Below, piece by piece: positions 37,204 to 46,190 of a stretch of DNA of 64,000 nucleotides. Source of the stretch: a virus. Location of the stretch: IMG/VR virus record IMGVR_UViG_3300044733_003647, positions 32,001 through 96,000 of that record; one strand, given 5' to 3'. Under the pieces are notes generated by a model. The model was not told the origin of the DNA, ran no database searches, and was given only the letters and a program-made list of their open reading frames with translations. Position 1 is the first letter of the stretch. The number at the start of each line of letters is the position of its first letter. The position numbers and the translations under genes were made by a program.

Positions 37204-38223
37204 TTGATAGCTGAACATGTATTGAATATACACAATAAGAGACCAGATACTGGTGAAATTATTGTAACACTGTTTGAATATTGTGATCTGAGTTGTTTAT
37301 TCTGCAACCAAGACCACGATAGCTATGAGGGTATCGATACAATAGTTGGTAAATTTGACTCAATTAAATTGTCAATTGACCAGCAAATAAAAAAAGGCAA
37401 AAAGCAAATCTCCATACACATGATGGGTGGAGAATTATTCTCGGATACAGTAGAAGATAAAGTATTCGACGACTACGCCGAACTCACCAAGAAATTACTG
37501 GCATACGGCAAAGAAATAAACATACCTTTAGAAGTTTCTTTCATTACCAACTTTATATGGGAAAAGAAACAAAGAATAAAGAAATTTCTGGACGATAACG
37601 AAATATCGGTTATGACTAGTTATGACCCGTCAGGTAGATTCAACAAAAAAACTTTTGAAGTCTACAAAAAAAACATACAAGATTTTAAAGAATATATAAT
37701 CAGTGTCAACGTCATTATGACGAAGCCAAATATAGATAAATTCATGTCGGACAATGTACCGTTTTTTGATTACTTGTACGAAAACTTTCCAATCTATTTT
37801 GATTATTATGGACCAGGAAAAAACCATGAATTTCTAATGGCGAAAGACATTGAGATTCGTGACTTTATGAAGTACATGTTTGAGAACTGGAACAATTGTC
37901 ATCCGTTCAAAACATTTGCCAATAAAACCGCAAACAAAATGTCATGCATGGATACGCATACTGTTATGCCATCTGGAAAATGGGGTGGTTGTGGTTACTT
38001 TGAGAATTTGGAGAAAGTTATACCTATTAAAGTTGTGACTGAACAACAATGGTTTGATAGTTACAATTGTTACGAATGCGAACACCTACAAAGGTGTACT
38101 ATGGGGTGTTTTATGAGCAATCACGTGAAAGACATGAGAACTCAAGACACATGTTGGTTAAAAGAAGTCTATGACTATGTTGATTTAAAAGTTGGAAACG
38201 AAAATGATATTACCATTAATTGA
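37204..38223 (+). CDS. Radical SAM protein 2 with Cys-rich C-terminus
   Basis: EYCDLSCLFCNQ, MGGELF, and SCM...GCG...CYEC...RCTMGCF...C; TTG start. Confidence 0.88.
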   Translation: MIAEHVLNIHNKRPDTGEIIVTLFEYCDLSCLFCNQDHDSYEGIDTIVGKFDSIKLSIDQQIKKGKKQISIHMMGGELFSDTVEDKVFDDYAELTKKLLAYGKEINIPLEVSFITNFIWEKKQRIKKFLDDNEISVMTSYDPSGRFNKKTFEVYKKNIQDFKEYIISVNVIMTKPNIDKFMSDNVPFFDYLYENFPIYFDYYGPGKNHEFLMAKDIEIRDFMKYMFENWNNCHPFKTFANKTANKMSCMDTHTVMPSGKWGGCGYFENLEKVIPIKVVTEQQWFDSYNCYECEHLQRCTMGCFMSNHVKDMRTQDTCWLKEVYDYVDLKVGNENDITIN

Positions 38224-39304
38224 ATTAAACAAAGATTTCATTGCCTCGGAGGCAATTCATTACGTTCAAAGAACATATACAGATTTTAAATTTGAATATG
38301 ACTTGCTTCGCAGAGACATACACATGGTCATCGACATATTCATGGGTGAATTGCATGTGGAAGGTGGTGTTTACTCCTATGATATCGAAGAAGGTAAAGA
38401 TGATTCTTACTTTCAACTGAACAGATACAAAAGGTCGTTTACAGTTTTCAGAAATCATTCAGATGAAACAATAAACTGTATACAATACACGGCAAACTTA
38501 ATAAAAGATGTAATCACAAATAAAAAAATTCAACCAGTTTACAATACACAATTTGAACAACTGTATGATACTAAACAAAAATTCAATGAAGAAAAACTAG
38601 GTGAATTTGATACGATTTGTGGATTGATTGTTGCGAATTCTGCCGCAGGTTCAAACAGAAATTACCATATTGATTTCATTGAAGAATATTTCGATAAAGG
38701 TTTCGTTGTGACCAAAATTCCTCCTCATATTCACGAAAGATTATGGGAAGAAGTCAGAAATACCAAATGGATCGATGCAAAGAAATCAACTTACAAAAAA
38801 GTTCCAGACTGGTATCACGAAAACGAAAAACATTATGTTGATCCTACCGGATATGATAGACCATCTTACGAAAGAAAAATTGGTGCAGACATTTTCACAA
38901 ATGCACCAAAGAGTTTAATTGATATTTCGGATGATCTGATCAAAGATGATACATTCTCACCTTTAAGGATGTATAGACCACCAAATGCCATCACAAAGTA
39001 TCTTCATTTCTGGAATGGCAGTGAGAATTCACCACATCACGTTGATGCAATCGATGGTTCTGACCTAATGGTTTTCTGTTATCTGACAGAAGAAAAGGAC
39101 TGGAAAGAAGAGTGGGGTGGTTACATTAATATTATGAAAGAAGTGAATTCAGAAATAACAAACACCAAAACCATTTTACCAAACGATGGTGTCATGGTAT
39201 TGGTAAACAATTCTGCACCAATCTTCAAACATGGCATTCGGAACTTAATCAAACGCGACATTAATAGATACACATTCATCTTTCATTACACTTGGACATA
39301 TTGA
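38204..39304 (+). CDS. 2OG-Fe(II) oxygenase with N-terminal extension (paralog of 36573-37202)
   Basis: WNGSE..PHHVDAIDGSD, YLT....W.EEWGG, HGI and INRYTF; about 160 aa of extra N-terminal sequence. Confidence 0.85.
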   Translation: MILPLIELNKDFIASEAIHYVQRTYTDFKFEYDLLRRDIHMVIDIFMGELHVEGGVYSYDIEEGKDDSYFQLNRYKRSFTVFRNHSDETINCIQYTANLIKDVITNKKIQPVYNTQFEQLYDTKQKFNEEKLGEFDTICGLIVANSAAGSNRNYHIDFIEEYFDKGFVVTKIPPHIHERLWEEVRNTKWIDAKKSTYKKVPDWYHENEKHYVDPTGYDRPSYERKIGADIFTNAPKSLIDISDDLIKDDTFSPLRMYRPPNAITKYLHFWNGSENSPHHVDAIDGSDLMVFCYLTEEKDWKEEWGGYINIMKEVNSEITNTKTILPNDGVMVLVNNSAPIFKHGIRNLIKRDINRYTFIFHYTWTY

Positions 39305-39319
39305 ATCTAAAATTTTGTC

Positions 39320-40390
39320 ATGGAATTAATTATTAAACCCACTGAAAAGTGTAACTTCAAGTGTACCTTTTGTTCAAGTACGCACATCACCGATGATAAG
39401 ACAGCGGAGTTGGATCACGAATATATCTTTAAGTTTTTAAAGAGATATCCAGAAACAAATACCATAATTGTTAATGGTGGCGATCCACTAATGATGAGCC
39501 CAGAATATTACTGGAAAATAATTGAACATCTGAATGAAATTGGTAGTGATGCTCGCATATCATTTACCAGTAATCTATGGCCATTCTATAAGAATCCCAA
39601 AAAATGGACCGAACTGTTTACGCATCCTCGCATGGGTATTACAACCAGTTTCCAATATGGTGGTGGTAGACTCAAAGGTGACTTGACAGAGTTCAGTGAA
39701 GAAGACTTCTGGAACGTCAGTGATATGATGCTGGACGTTGTTGGTTATCGCCCGGACTTCATAAGTGTTATCACTAAGGAGAATGAACATCTAGCCATCA
39801 AGAACGTTGAACTGGCCAAGGAAATGGATGTGGAATGTAAATTGAACTATGCGTTCAGTAGTGGACCTCCGGTAAAATTTAAAAACATTACCATGGGCCA
39901 ACAAGGGCAACCATATTTACTGGCATATATGTATAAAATATATGTTGAAATATGGAAAAAAGATTTGACAAAGTGGGAATATAACACAAAACAGATGGTA
40001 AAAAGACTGGTTGGTCATGCAACCACTTGCCCACAAAATAGAAACTGTGATGCAAACATCCGAACATTACAACCTAGTGGTGACTATTATAGTTGCGGTG
40101 CATTTGGTGACGATAAACTTTATCAAATAGATTTCGAAAAAGAAATGTCAGGTGAAAAAATATTTCCTTTGAGATTTCAACCAGAAATACAGAGCCTTAA
40201 AAGTTCTTGTTTCACTTGCCCAATGTTTCAAATTTGTAATGGTTGCAAGAAAACAATCAAAGATTTAAAAGACCATGACTTGGTGGAAGAACACTGTTCT
40301 AAAATGAAACTGTTGGCACCAGATATTATCGAGTCAAATGGAATGACAGGTATTCTGGAGCCTACACCGTATGTTAGAGAATACCCATGA
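39320..40390 (+). CDS. Radical SAM/SPASM protein 3
   Basis: KPTEKCNFKCTFCS, NGGDPL, and CP..RNC...YSCG...CFTC.MF.ICNGC...HC. Confidence 0.9.
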   Translation: MELIIKPTEKCNFKCTFCSSTHITDDKTAELDHEYIFKFLKRYPETNTIIVNGGDPLMMSPEYYWKIIEHLNEIGSDARISFTSNLWPFYKNPKKWTELFTHPRMGITTSFQYGGGRLKGDLTEFSEEDFWNVSDMMLDVVGYRPDFISVITKENEHLAIKNVELAKEMDVECKLNYAFSSGPPVKFKNITMGQQGQPYLLAYMYKIYVEIWKKDLTKWEYNTKQMVKRLVGHATTCPQNRNCDANIRTLQPSGDYYSCGAFGDDKLYQIDFEKEMSGEKIFPLRFQPEIQSLKSSCFTCPMFQICNGCKKTIKDLKDHDLVEEHCSKMKLLAPDIIESNGMTGILEPTPYVREYP

Positions 40391-41295
40391 ATGTTTCTAT
40401 TAATCCCAGTTACTTCTGTAACTTCAGATGTGACTTTTGTTATCTGACGGAAGAACAGTTGTCTGACCAGAAGAAAATAGAATTAGAAAAACTAGATGAT
40501 TTGTTATCACAGATACCAAACATAGAACATGTTGATTTGTATGGTGGTGAAATTGGTACATTAAAGAAAGACTACTTTTATGGATTGAGAGACACGATTC
40601 GCAAACACTATAGTGGCAAAATCAATATCAATACCAACTATTCAATGTTGCATGAAGGTTTTTATGAAGATGATTTCTACCTGAGTGTTAGTTACGATTG
40701 GGTAGCCAGAGAAAAGTCAGACAGAGTTTATCAGAACATGTTGATGAGCCCAGTACCCATAGCCGTACTGGTCTTGGCTAGCCCCAAAGTATTACAGATG
40801 GATGTAGATGATTTTATATTATCGATGAACATGTGTAGTAGTGTGAGAAGTGTGGAAATAAAACCTTACAGCACCAACCAGGCAAATCAACATCCCGTCA
40901 CACACAAAGACTTTGAGGAGTTTGTTAAAAAGTGGATCGAAAGCCCGTTACAAAAAAACTTTGAATTCATTAACGAATATTATATTGAAGATGTTCTGAA
41001 TGGTAACCGAAATGCATTCAGTGATGACCACATCTACATCACACCAAATGGTAAATTTGCTGTACTGGAATTCGATTTAAATGACAATGAATATTTTTTG
41101 GAACTGGATAGTTGGGAAGACTACCTTAAATGGACACAAAAAGAAAAACGAAACAACGTTAGTGATATCTGTAGAAGTTGTGAGTTTTATGGTAAATGCC
41201 TGACAGAACACTATCGTTACGTCAAGGATCTAAATAATAGTTGCAATGGTTATAAATTTTTAATAGAGTGGTATCGTGAAAGACTGGAAAATTAG
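40387..41295 (+). CDS. Radical SAM protein 4
   Basis: NPSYFCNFRCDFCY, LYGGEI, and C-terminal CRSC...KCLTEH...SCNG. Confidence 0.88.
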   Translation: MNVSINPSYFCNFRCDFCYLTEEQLSDQKKIELEKLDDLLSQIPNIEHVDLYGGEIGTLKKDYFYGLRDTIRKHYSGKININTNYSMLHEGFYEDDFYLSVSYDWVAREKSDRVYQNMLMSPVPIAVLVLASPKVLQMDVDDFILSMNMCSSVRSVEIKPYSTNQANQHPVTHKDFEEFVKKWIESPLQKNFEFINEYYIEDVLNGNRNAFSDDHIYITPNGKFAVLEFDLNDNEYFLELDSWEDYLKWTQKEKRNNVSDICRSCEFYGKCLTEHYRYVKDLNNSCNGYKFLIEWYRERLEN

Positions 41296-41671
41296 ACAAG
41301 AAATTTATCATAGACTCAACACCGATTTCGATGATGATCTGAAAACCAAATCGGTTGAAATGTCAGATGATATTATTGGTAATGCTGTTCGTTATTTCAA
41401 TGATCGTAACATAGGATGGATATATCCAGCCAAAAGTTACATGGTCGGCATATGTTATGCACGATGGTTGTCTGAATATTTTGGTGGAGAACCACTAGAA
41501 TATTTGAAAGAACAGTCTCTTCTTTTCGACAACGACCCATACTATAAAAATTACGAACTGGATCAAAAAACATATGATGAAATTCTGAGTAAGATCAATC
41601 ACTGGAACTTTGAAGAAAAGGGTTTGGTGCCAGATGTGAAAAAGTATTTTATGGAAGAGTTCATGTTATGA
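41276..41671 (+). CDS. Hypothetical protein of the radical SAM cassette
   Basis: 131 aa with GTG start, overlapping both neighbours; WIYPAKSY...YARWL...DPYY. Confidence 0.7.
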   Translation: MKDWKIRQEIYHRLNTDFDDDLKTKSVEMSDDIIGNAVRYFNDRNIGWIYPAKSYMVGICYARWLSEYFGGEPLEYLKEQSLLFDNDPYYKNYELDQKTYDEILSKINHWNFEEKGLVPDVKKYFMEEFML

Positions 41672-42240
41672 TTCAGAATTTGTGGCCAACACCATTTCTG
41701 AAAACGGATTTTTCGGAAGAAATAAGAAATAATCTTCTCAGTCATTTTTTAACCAAATATGACATGTTCAATTCTTCAGGTGATTTAAGTAACATAAACA
41801 TATTCGACGATGAATCGGATATTATTTGTAAGTTTACTGATGAAGTTGTGTTATCACTTTTTGATACATTTCTGAAAGAGAGTTTGGGAAAAGAAATCTC
41901 AGATTGGAAAAGTCACAATCTAAAAGGCTGGTTGACTGGTTCCGGAAAAAACTACGCCTCAAATTTCCACAACCATAAGGGTGCGGCAGTATCATCCATC
42001 TTTTATATCTTGTGTGAAGAGATAGATGTTGGTGGTGATATTTACTTCACAGATCCGAGACAGAACTCAAATAGAGGTTATGATAATCAATTCTCAAAGT
42101 GGTTTGATAATCTATCTTTCACACCAAAGAGTGGTGATGCCGTGGTTTTTCCAAGTTTTCTATATCATTTTGTTGAAACTTATAGGGGAAACATCAGAAT
42201 AGCTATGCCAGTTGATCTGTTCCTCTATACAAATGAGTGA
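41668..42240 (+). CDS. 2OG-Fe(II) oxygenase (TIGR02466-like)
   Basis: LWPTP, HNH (HxH), F.DPR, G..VVFPSFLYH.V and RIA. Confidence 0.8.
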   Translation: MIQNLWPTPFLKTDFSEEIRNNLLSHFLTKYDMFNSSGDLSNINIFDDESDIICKFTDEVVLSLFDTFLKESLGKEISDWKSHNLKGWLTGSGKNYASNFHNHKGAAVSSIFYILCEEIDVGGDIYFTDPRQNSNRGYDNQFSKWFDNLSFTPKSGDAVVFPSFLYHFVETYRGNIRIAMPVDLFLYTNE

Positions 42241-42324
42241 CGATAAGTCCAAAATGTCCTAAATATTTTAGTGTCTTTCAGACATGATAAATACCGATAT
42301 AATAATAAAAGGTAGAAATAACCC

Positions 42325-42666
42325 ATGGCAGCAGGATATCAAGAATTATTCATTGAGCAAGGCGCCGACTTCTCGACTTCTATCACCTTGGATGATGCAG
42401 ACAACGAACCTTTCGATTTAACTGGTTATCAAGCAAAAAGTCAGATAAAGAAGTCATACTATTCAAGTACCTCGGCAGCTCAATTCGTCATAACCATTCC
42501 CACACCAGTGAATGGTGTGTTAAGCATGTCTATAAGTGCAGCAAATACAGCAAACATATCTGCTGGAAGATATGTCTATGACGTTTTAATTAAAAATTCT
42601 AGTAACAATACCACTAGAGTTCTGGAAGGAATCGTTAATATTGTGCCACAAGTTACTAAATTTTAA
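42325..42666 (+). CDS. Conserved small virion/adaptor protein
   Basis: L.IEQGADF, DLTGY.A.SQI.K, GRYVYDV and RVLEG.V...PQVT; preceded by CTAAATA (42259) and ATAAATA (42287). Confidence 0.7.
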   Translation: MAAGYQELFIEQGADFSTSITLDDADNEPFDLTGYQAKSQIKKSYYSSTSAAQFVITIPTPVNGVLSMSISAANTANISAGRYVYDVLIKNSSNNTTRVLEGIVNIVPQVTKF

Positions 42667-42675
42667 AGGATAGAA

Positions 42676-43212
42676 ATGCCTACAGTAACTGTCTCACAAC
42701 CTTCAGTAATAAAAGTAAAGATTGATAGTCAACAGACTAAAGTCAGCACTATCAATTATGCAACAAAGTCGATAAAGGACTCTCCAGACGTTGACATGAC
42801 CGGTGCAGCCACCGGTGATGTGCTTGTCTATAATGCGAACACACAAATATTCAGTGCAAGAAGAATTGGCTCGGCGACACCAGTTACAGGCGCATTGTTA
42901 CCAACATCTACAAGAGCTTTCGATCTTGGTAGTAGAACACAAAGATTTAGAAGTATTTATTTGTCCGGTAATACCATTGATATGGACGGAACACAGTTAA
43001 AAGCTGACGCAGCAAATGGTACATTATCATTTAGTGCAGCTCCAACAGCCGAATTTCCAAATCCAATTGCAATTTTAATAACTCCGCAAGGAGGTTTTGC
43101 TCCAGTGCAAACTGTGGGTGGAGAAATACCCGCAAACACAAATGTACAAAGTATTATTGCAAACACCGCAACATATTTACAATTCACCGGTGGTGACGCA
43201 GGATTTTTTTAA
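42676..43212 (+). CDS. Fibre-associated protein
   Basis: DV......GDVLVYN, P.....DLGS...RFR.IYLSGNTI; ends DAGFF. Confidence 0.6.
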   Translation: MPTVTVSQPSVIKVKIDSQQTKVSTINYATKSIKDSPDVDMTGAATGDVLVYNANTQIFSARRIGSATPVTGALLPTSTRAFDLGSRTQRFRSIYLSGNTIDMDGTQLKADAANGTLSFSAAPTAEFPNPIAILITPQGGFAPVQTVGGEIPANTNVQSIIANTATYLQFTGGDAGFF

Positions 43213-43437
43213 ATGGCTAATACCGTAATACAGATTTTAAGGTCATATTCAAACGTTGCGCCAACAACTTTGGCGGATGGTGAATTGGCATATTCTTTTC
43301 TCGCAAACGCACTGTATATTGGTTCAAATACCGGTCAAGTTATATTGATTGGTGGTTCAAGTTTTGCACAAAACGTTACTGTTGCAGTCGCAAATACGTC
43401 AATTGAAACTTTAAATGCTGACGGTGGCGAATTTTAA
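43213..43437 (+). CDS. Small fibre-associated protein (GELA N-terminal module plus DGGxF terminus)
   Basis: MANTVIQILRS...PTTLADGELAYS...LYIG; ends DGGEF. Confidence 0.65.
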   Translation: MANTVIQILRSYSNVAPTTLADGELAYSFLANALYIGSNTGQVILIGGSSFAQNVTVAVANTSIETLNADGGEF

Positions 43438-43486
43438 TAAATAGACCGTAGGATTGTTACAAAAAACAACAAAAAGGAAAATAATA

Positions 43487-45388
43487 ATGGCAAACACCTC
43501 GATTAGAATTAAACGCTCAACCACAACAGGAACACCAGGGAGTTTGGCCTCAGGTGAATTAGCGTACTCATACCTATCAAATACGATTTTTATCGGTTCG
43601 CCAGCTGGCACCGGTGTAGTCAATGTTGGTGGTCAATTTTACACCTCACAAATTGATTCTGCAACCAATATAAACACTGGTGGAGCAATTGTTCGCCGTG
43701 ATTCAAACGGTAACGCAGCGTTCGGTACCATTACCGCAACATCGATCAATGCAACAATTGAAGGTAATGCGAACTCTGCAACACAATTCCAGACAGATAG
43801 ATATATTAATATCTCTGGTGGTGATGTAGTTGCAACTGCACAACTGTATAACGGTACTGCAAACGCAACATTAAGTGCATCTCTATCAACAGTCTCTGGT
43901 TTATCTGCCGGCACATATGGTGGTACCACAACAGTACCTATTGTTACTGTTGCTGCAAACGGTCGTGTTATGGCCATTGCAAACTCCGCAACCATCGCAA
44001 CATCTTTAAATATTCAAGGTGATACTGGTACAGATACAGTTAATCTTGCAACAGACACACTAGATTTTGAAGGTGGTTCTGGTGTAATAACAGCCGTTTC
44101 GAACAATAAAGTTACAATCGCGGTCGATAATGGAACGGTACTGAGAACAAACACTGCGATTCAAAGACAGATTATTGATGGTAACGTAGAAATCAGCGGA
44201 AACTTGGTTGTTCTTGGTACAGAAACAGTCATTAACGTTGAAACACTAAACATTGCTGACCCGTTAATTTTCTTGGCGGCTAACAACAACATATCGGATA
44301 CCGTAGATATTGGTTTTTCTGGTAACTATAGTGATGGAACCATAAGACACGCTGGTGTGTTCAGACATGCGGGCACAAAAGATTTCTATGTTTTCGATAA
44401 TTACACTGGAGGTCATGCTAATAACGTTCTTGATATTGGTGATTCTAGTTTCCGCGTTGCAAACTTACGTGCAAACTTAATTTCTCAATATGCAAACGTT
44501 GAGACATTACAAGTCAGCACACTGAATGTAACTACTTTGTCATTAACAAATGACCTGACTGTTCCTAACGGCGGTACAGGTGCAAGTTCCTTCACTAACG
44601 GTGCAATTCTGGTTGGTGCTGGTTCAGGCGCATTGACAACACTAGCAAATAGTACATATACCCCAACAGGTACAGGTGCAGCCAATAATACATTATCTTC
44701 ACTGACAGTTGATGCATATGGCAGAACAACGGCAGCAACATTCGAAGCAATCTCTGGATTAACTGTTGCACAAGGTGGTACTGGTGTTAACACATTCAAT
44801 GCTGGTCAAATTGTTGTTGGTGATGGCACCAACGGCCTGAAACAAATTGCTAACGTAACATACACTCAAACAGGTACGTTAACAACCGCAAATACAGTTT
44901 CCGCAATTACTGTAGATGCTTATGGTCGTGTTAGTGCATTAACATCTTCAGCAATTGCTCTAGGTGCAGATCAGATTACTAGCGGAACATTAGGTGTTTC
45001 AAGAGGCGGTACTGGTGCATCGTCATTCACAAGTGGTGCTCTGCTTGTTGGTAACGGTTCTGGTGCAATCAGTGAACTTGCAAACTCAACATACACAGCA
45101 ACAGGTTCTGCTGGTGCAGCAAAGACAGTCACTTCACTGACAGTTGATGCATATGGTCGTGTAACTGCCGCAACATTCGCAGACATTTCCGGTCTGACTG
45201 TTTCACAAGGCGGTACAGGTGCATCCACATTCACCACAAGCGGTATCGTATACGGCAATGGAACTGGTGCATTACAAGTCACTGCGGCTGCTGGTACATC
45301 AGATCAAACATGGTCTAACCAAATTCTGACAGTAACCAATGCTGGTGTTCCAGTTTGGTCTTCTGCACTAGACGGAGGTCAATTCTAA
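43487..45388 (+). CDS. Tail fibre-like protein
   Basis: MANTSIRIKRS..PGSLASGELAYS; repeated TVDAYGRVTA and L.V..GGTG units; ends DGGQF. Start set at ATG 43487 (SD AAGGA). Confidence 0.7.
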   Translation: MANTSIRIKRSTTTGTPGSLASGELAYSYLSNTIFIGSPAGTGVVNVGGQFYTSQIDSATNINTGGAIVRRDSNGNAAFGTITATSINATIEGNANSATQFQTDRYINISGGDVVATAQLYNGTANATLSASLSTVSGLSAGTYGGTTTVPIVTVAANGRVMAIANSATIATSLNIQGDTGTDTVNLATDTLDFEGGSGVITAVSNNKVTIAVDNGTVLRTNTAIQRQIIDGNVEISGNLVVLGTETVINVETLNIADPLIFLAANNNISDTVDIGFSGNYSDGTIRHAGVFRHAGTKDFYVFDNYTGGHANNVLDIGDSSFRVANLRANLISQYANVETLQVSTLNVTTLSLTNDLTVPNGGTGASSFTNGAILVGAGSGALTTLANSTYTPTGTGAANNTLSSLTVDAYGRTTAATFEAISGLTVAQGGTGVNTFNAGQIVVGDGTNGLKQIANVTYTQTGTLTTANTVSAITVDAYGRVSALTSSAIALGADQITSGTLGVSRGGTGASSFTSGALLVGNGSGAISELANSTYTATGSAGAAKTVTSLTVDAYGRVTAATFADISGLTVSQGGTGASTFTTSGIVYGNGTGALQVTAAAGTSDQTWSNQILTVTNAGVPVWSSALDGGQF

Positions 45389-45430
45389 TTTGACTATATA
45401 ATGTATGTTTCTTTATGATAGGAGTTTGAA

Positions 45431-46186
45431 ATGGGAAATGAAAAATATTTAAATTATTACATTGAGACATTGACAAGCACAGTAACAGATTGTGTTATTC
45501 GAAATGTCTCAATGCAAGCAAACGCAAAAGTTACTGATGATGTTATCAAAGAACAAAGTGAAAAGATTGATGCATTAACAAAGTTGAATGCCGATTTACA
45601 AAAATCTGTTCAAGATTTGAAAAACATTAATACGTCAAATGAAAGTGCTTTGGTTCAAGATTTGAAAAATAAGTTGGTCGAAAGTGAAAAAACTGCAACT
45701 AACTTAAGAAATGACATAGATCAATTGATAACAAAATACCGTGATTATGACAGTATTAAAAATCAATCGACTCATGTTGAAACTTTTAAATCCGAATTGA
45801 TCAAGGCTAGAGAAGAGACTAATAGAGTTCGTACTGAACTGGAAACAAAAGTCAACTCTTTAGTATCGGAAAATGCAGCTGAATTGAACAAGGCTAGAGA
45901 AGAGACTAATAGAGTTCGTAGTGAACTAGAAACAAAAATTAATTCTCTAGTATCAGAAAATGCGGGAAAAATTTCCACATTAACTGAACAACATAATAAA
46001 GATATTGTGCGTTTAAATGAAAAACATGATAAACAAGTTAATGAATTAACTGATAAAATTGACTATTTACAATTACCTCCTGCCAAAAGAAAAAAAATTG
46101 ATGAGCTAAATAAACAGATAGAACCAGAAATGGTAATCGATTCTGGCGAATTAAATAGCCCAATCAAAGATGGCGGATCGTTTTAA
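45431..46186 (+). CDS. Coiled-coil protein with internal 29-aa duplication
   Basis: KAREETNRVR(T/S)ELETK(V/I)NSLVSENA occurs twice; ends DGGSF; SD AGGAG. Confidence 0.7.
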   Translation: MGNEKYLNYYIETLTSTVTDCVIRNVSMQANAKVTDDVIKEQSEKIDALTKLNADLQKSVQDLKNINTSNESALVQDLKNKLVESEKTATNLRNDIDQLITKYRDYDSIKNQSTHVETFKSELIKAREETNRVRTELETKVNSLVSENAAELNKAREETNRVRSELETKINSLVSENAGKISTLTEQHNKDIVRLNEKHDKQVNELTDKIDYLQLPPAKRKKIDELNKQIEPEMVIDSGELNSPIKDGGSF

Positions 46187-46190
46187 GTAA

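Noticed and set aside
32750-42240. Cassette as a DNA hypermodification or queuosine/7-deazaguanine pathway
   Set aside because: No QueC, QueD, FolE, DpdA, glycosyltransferase or thymidylate-synthase-like motifs were recognised, the rSAMs have SPASM-like Cys tails, and the context is structural. This is disfavoured but not formally excluded.
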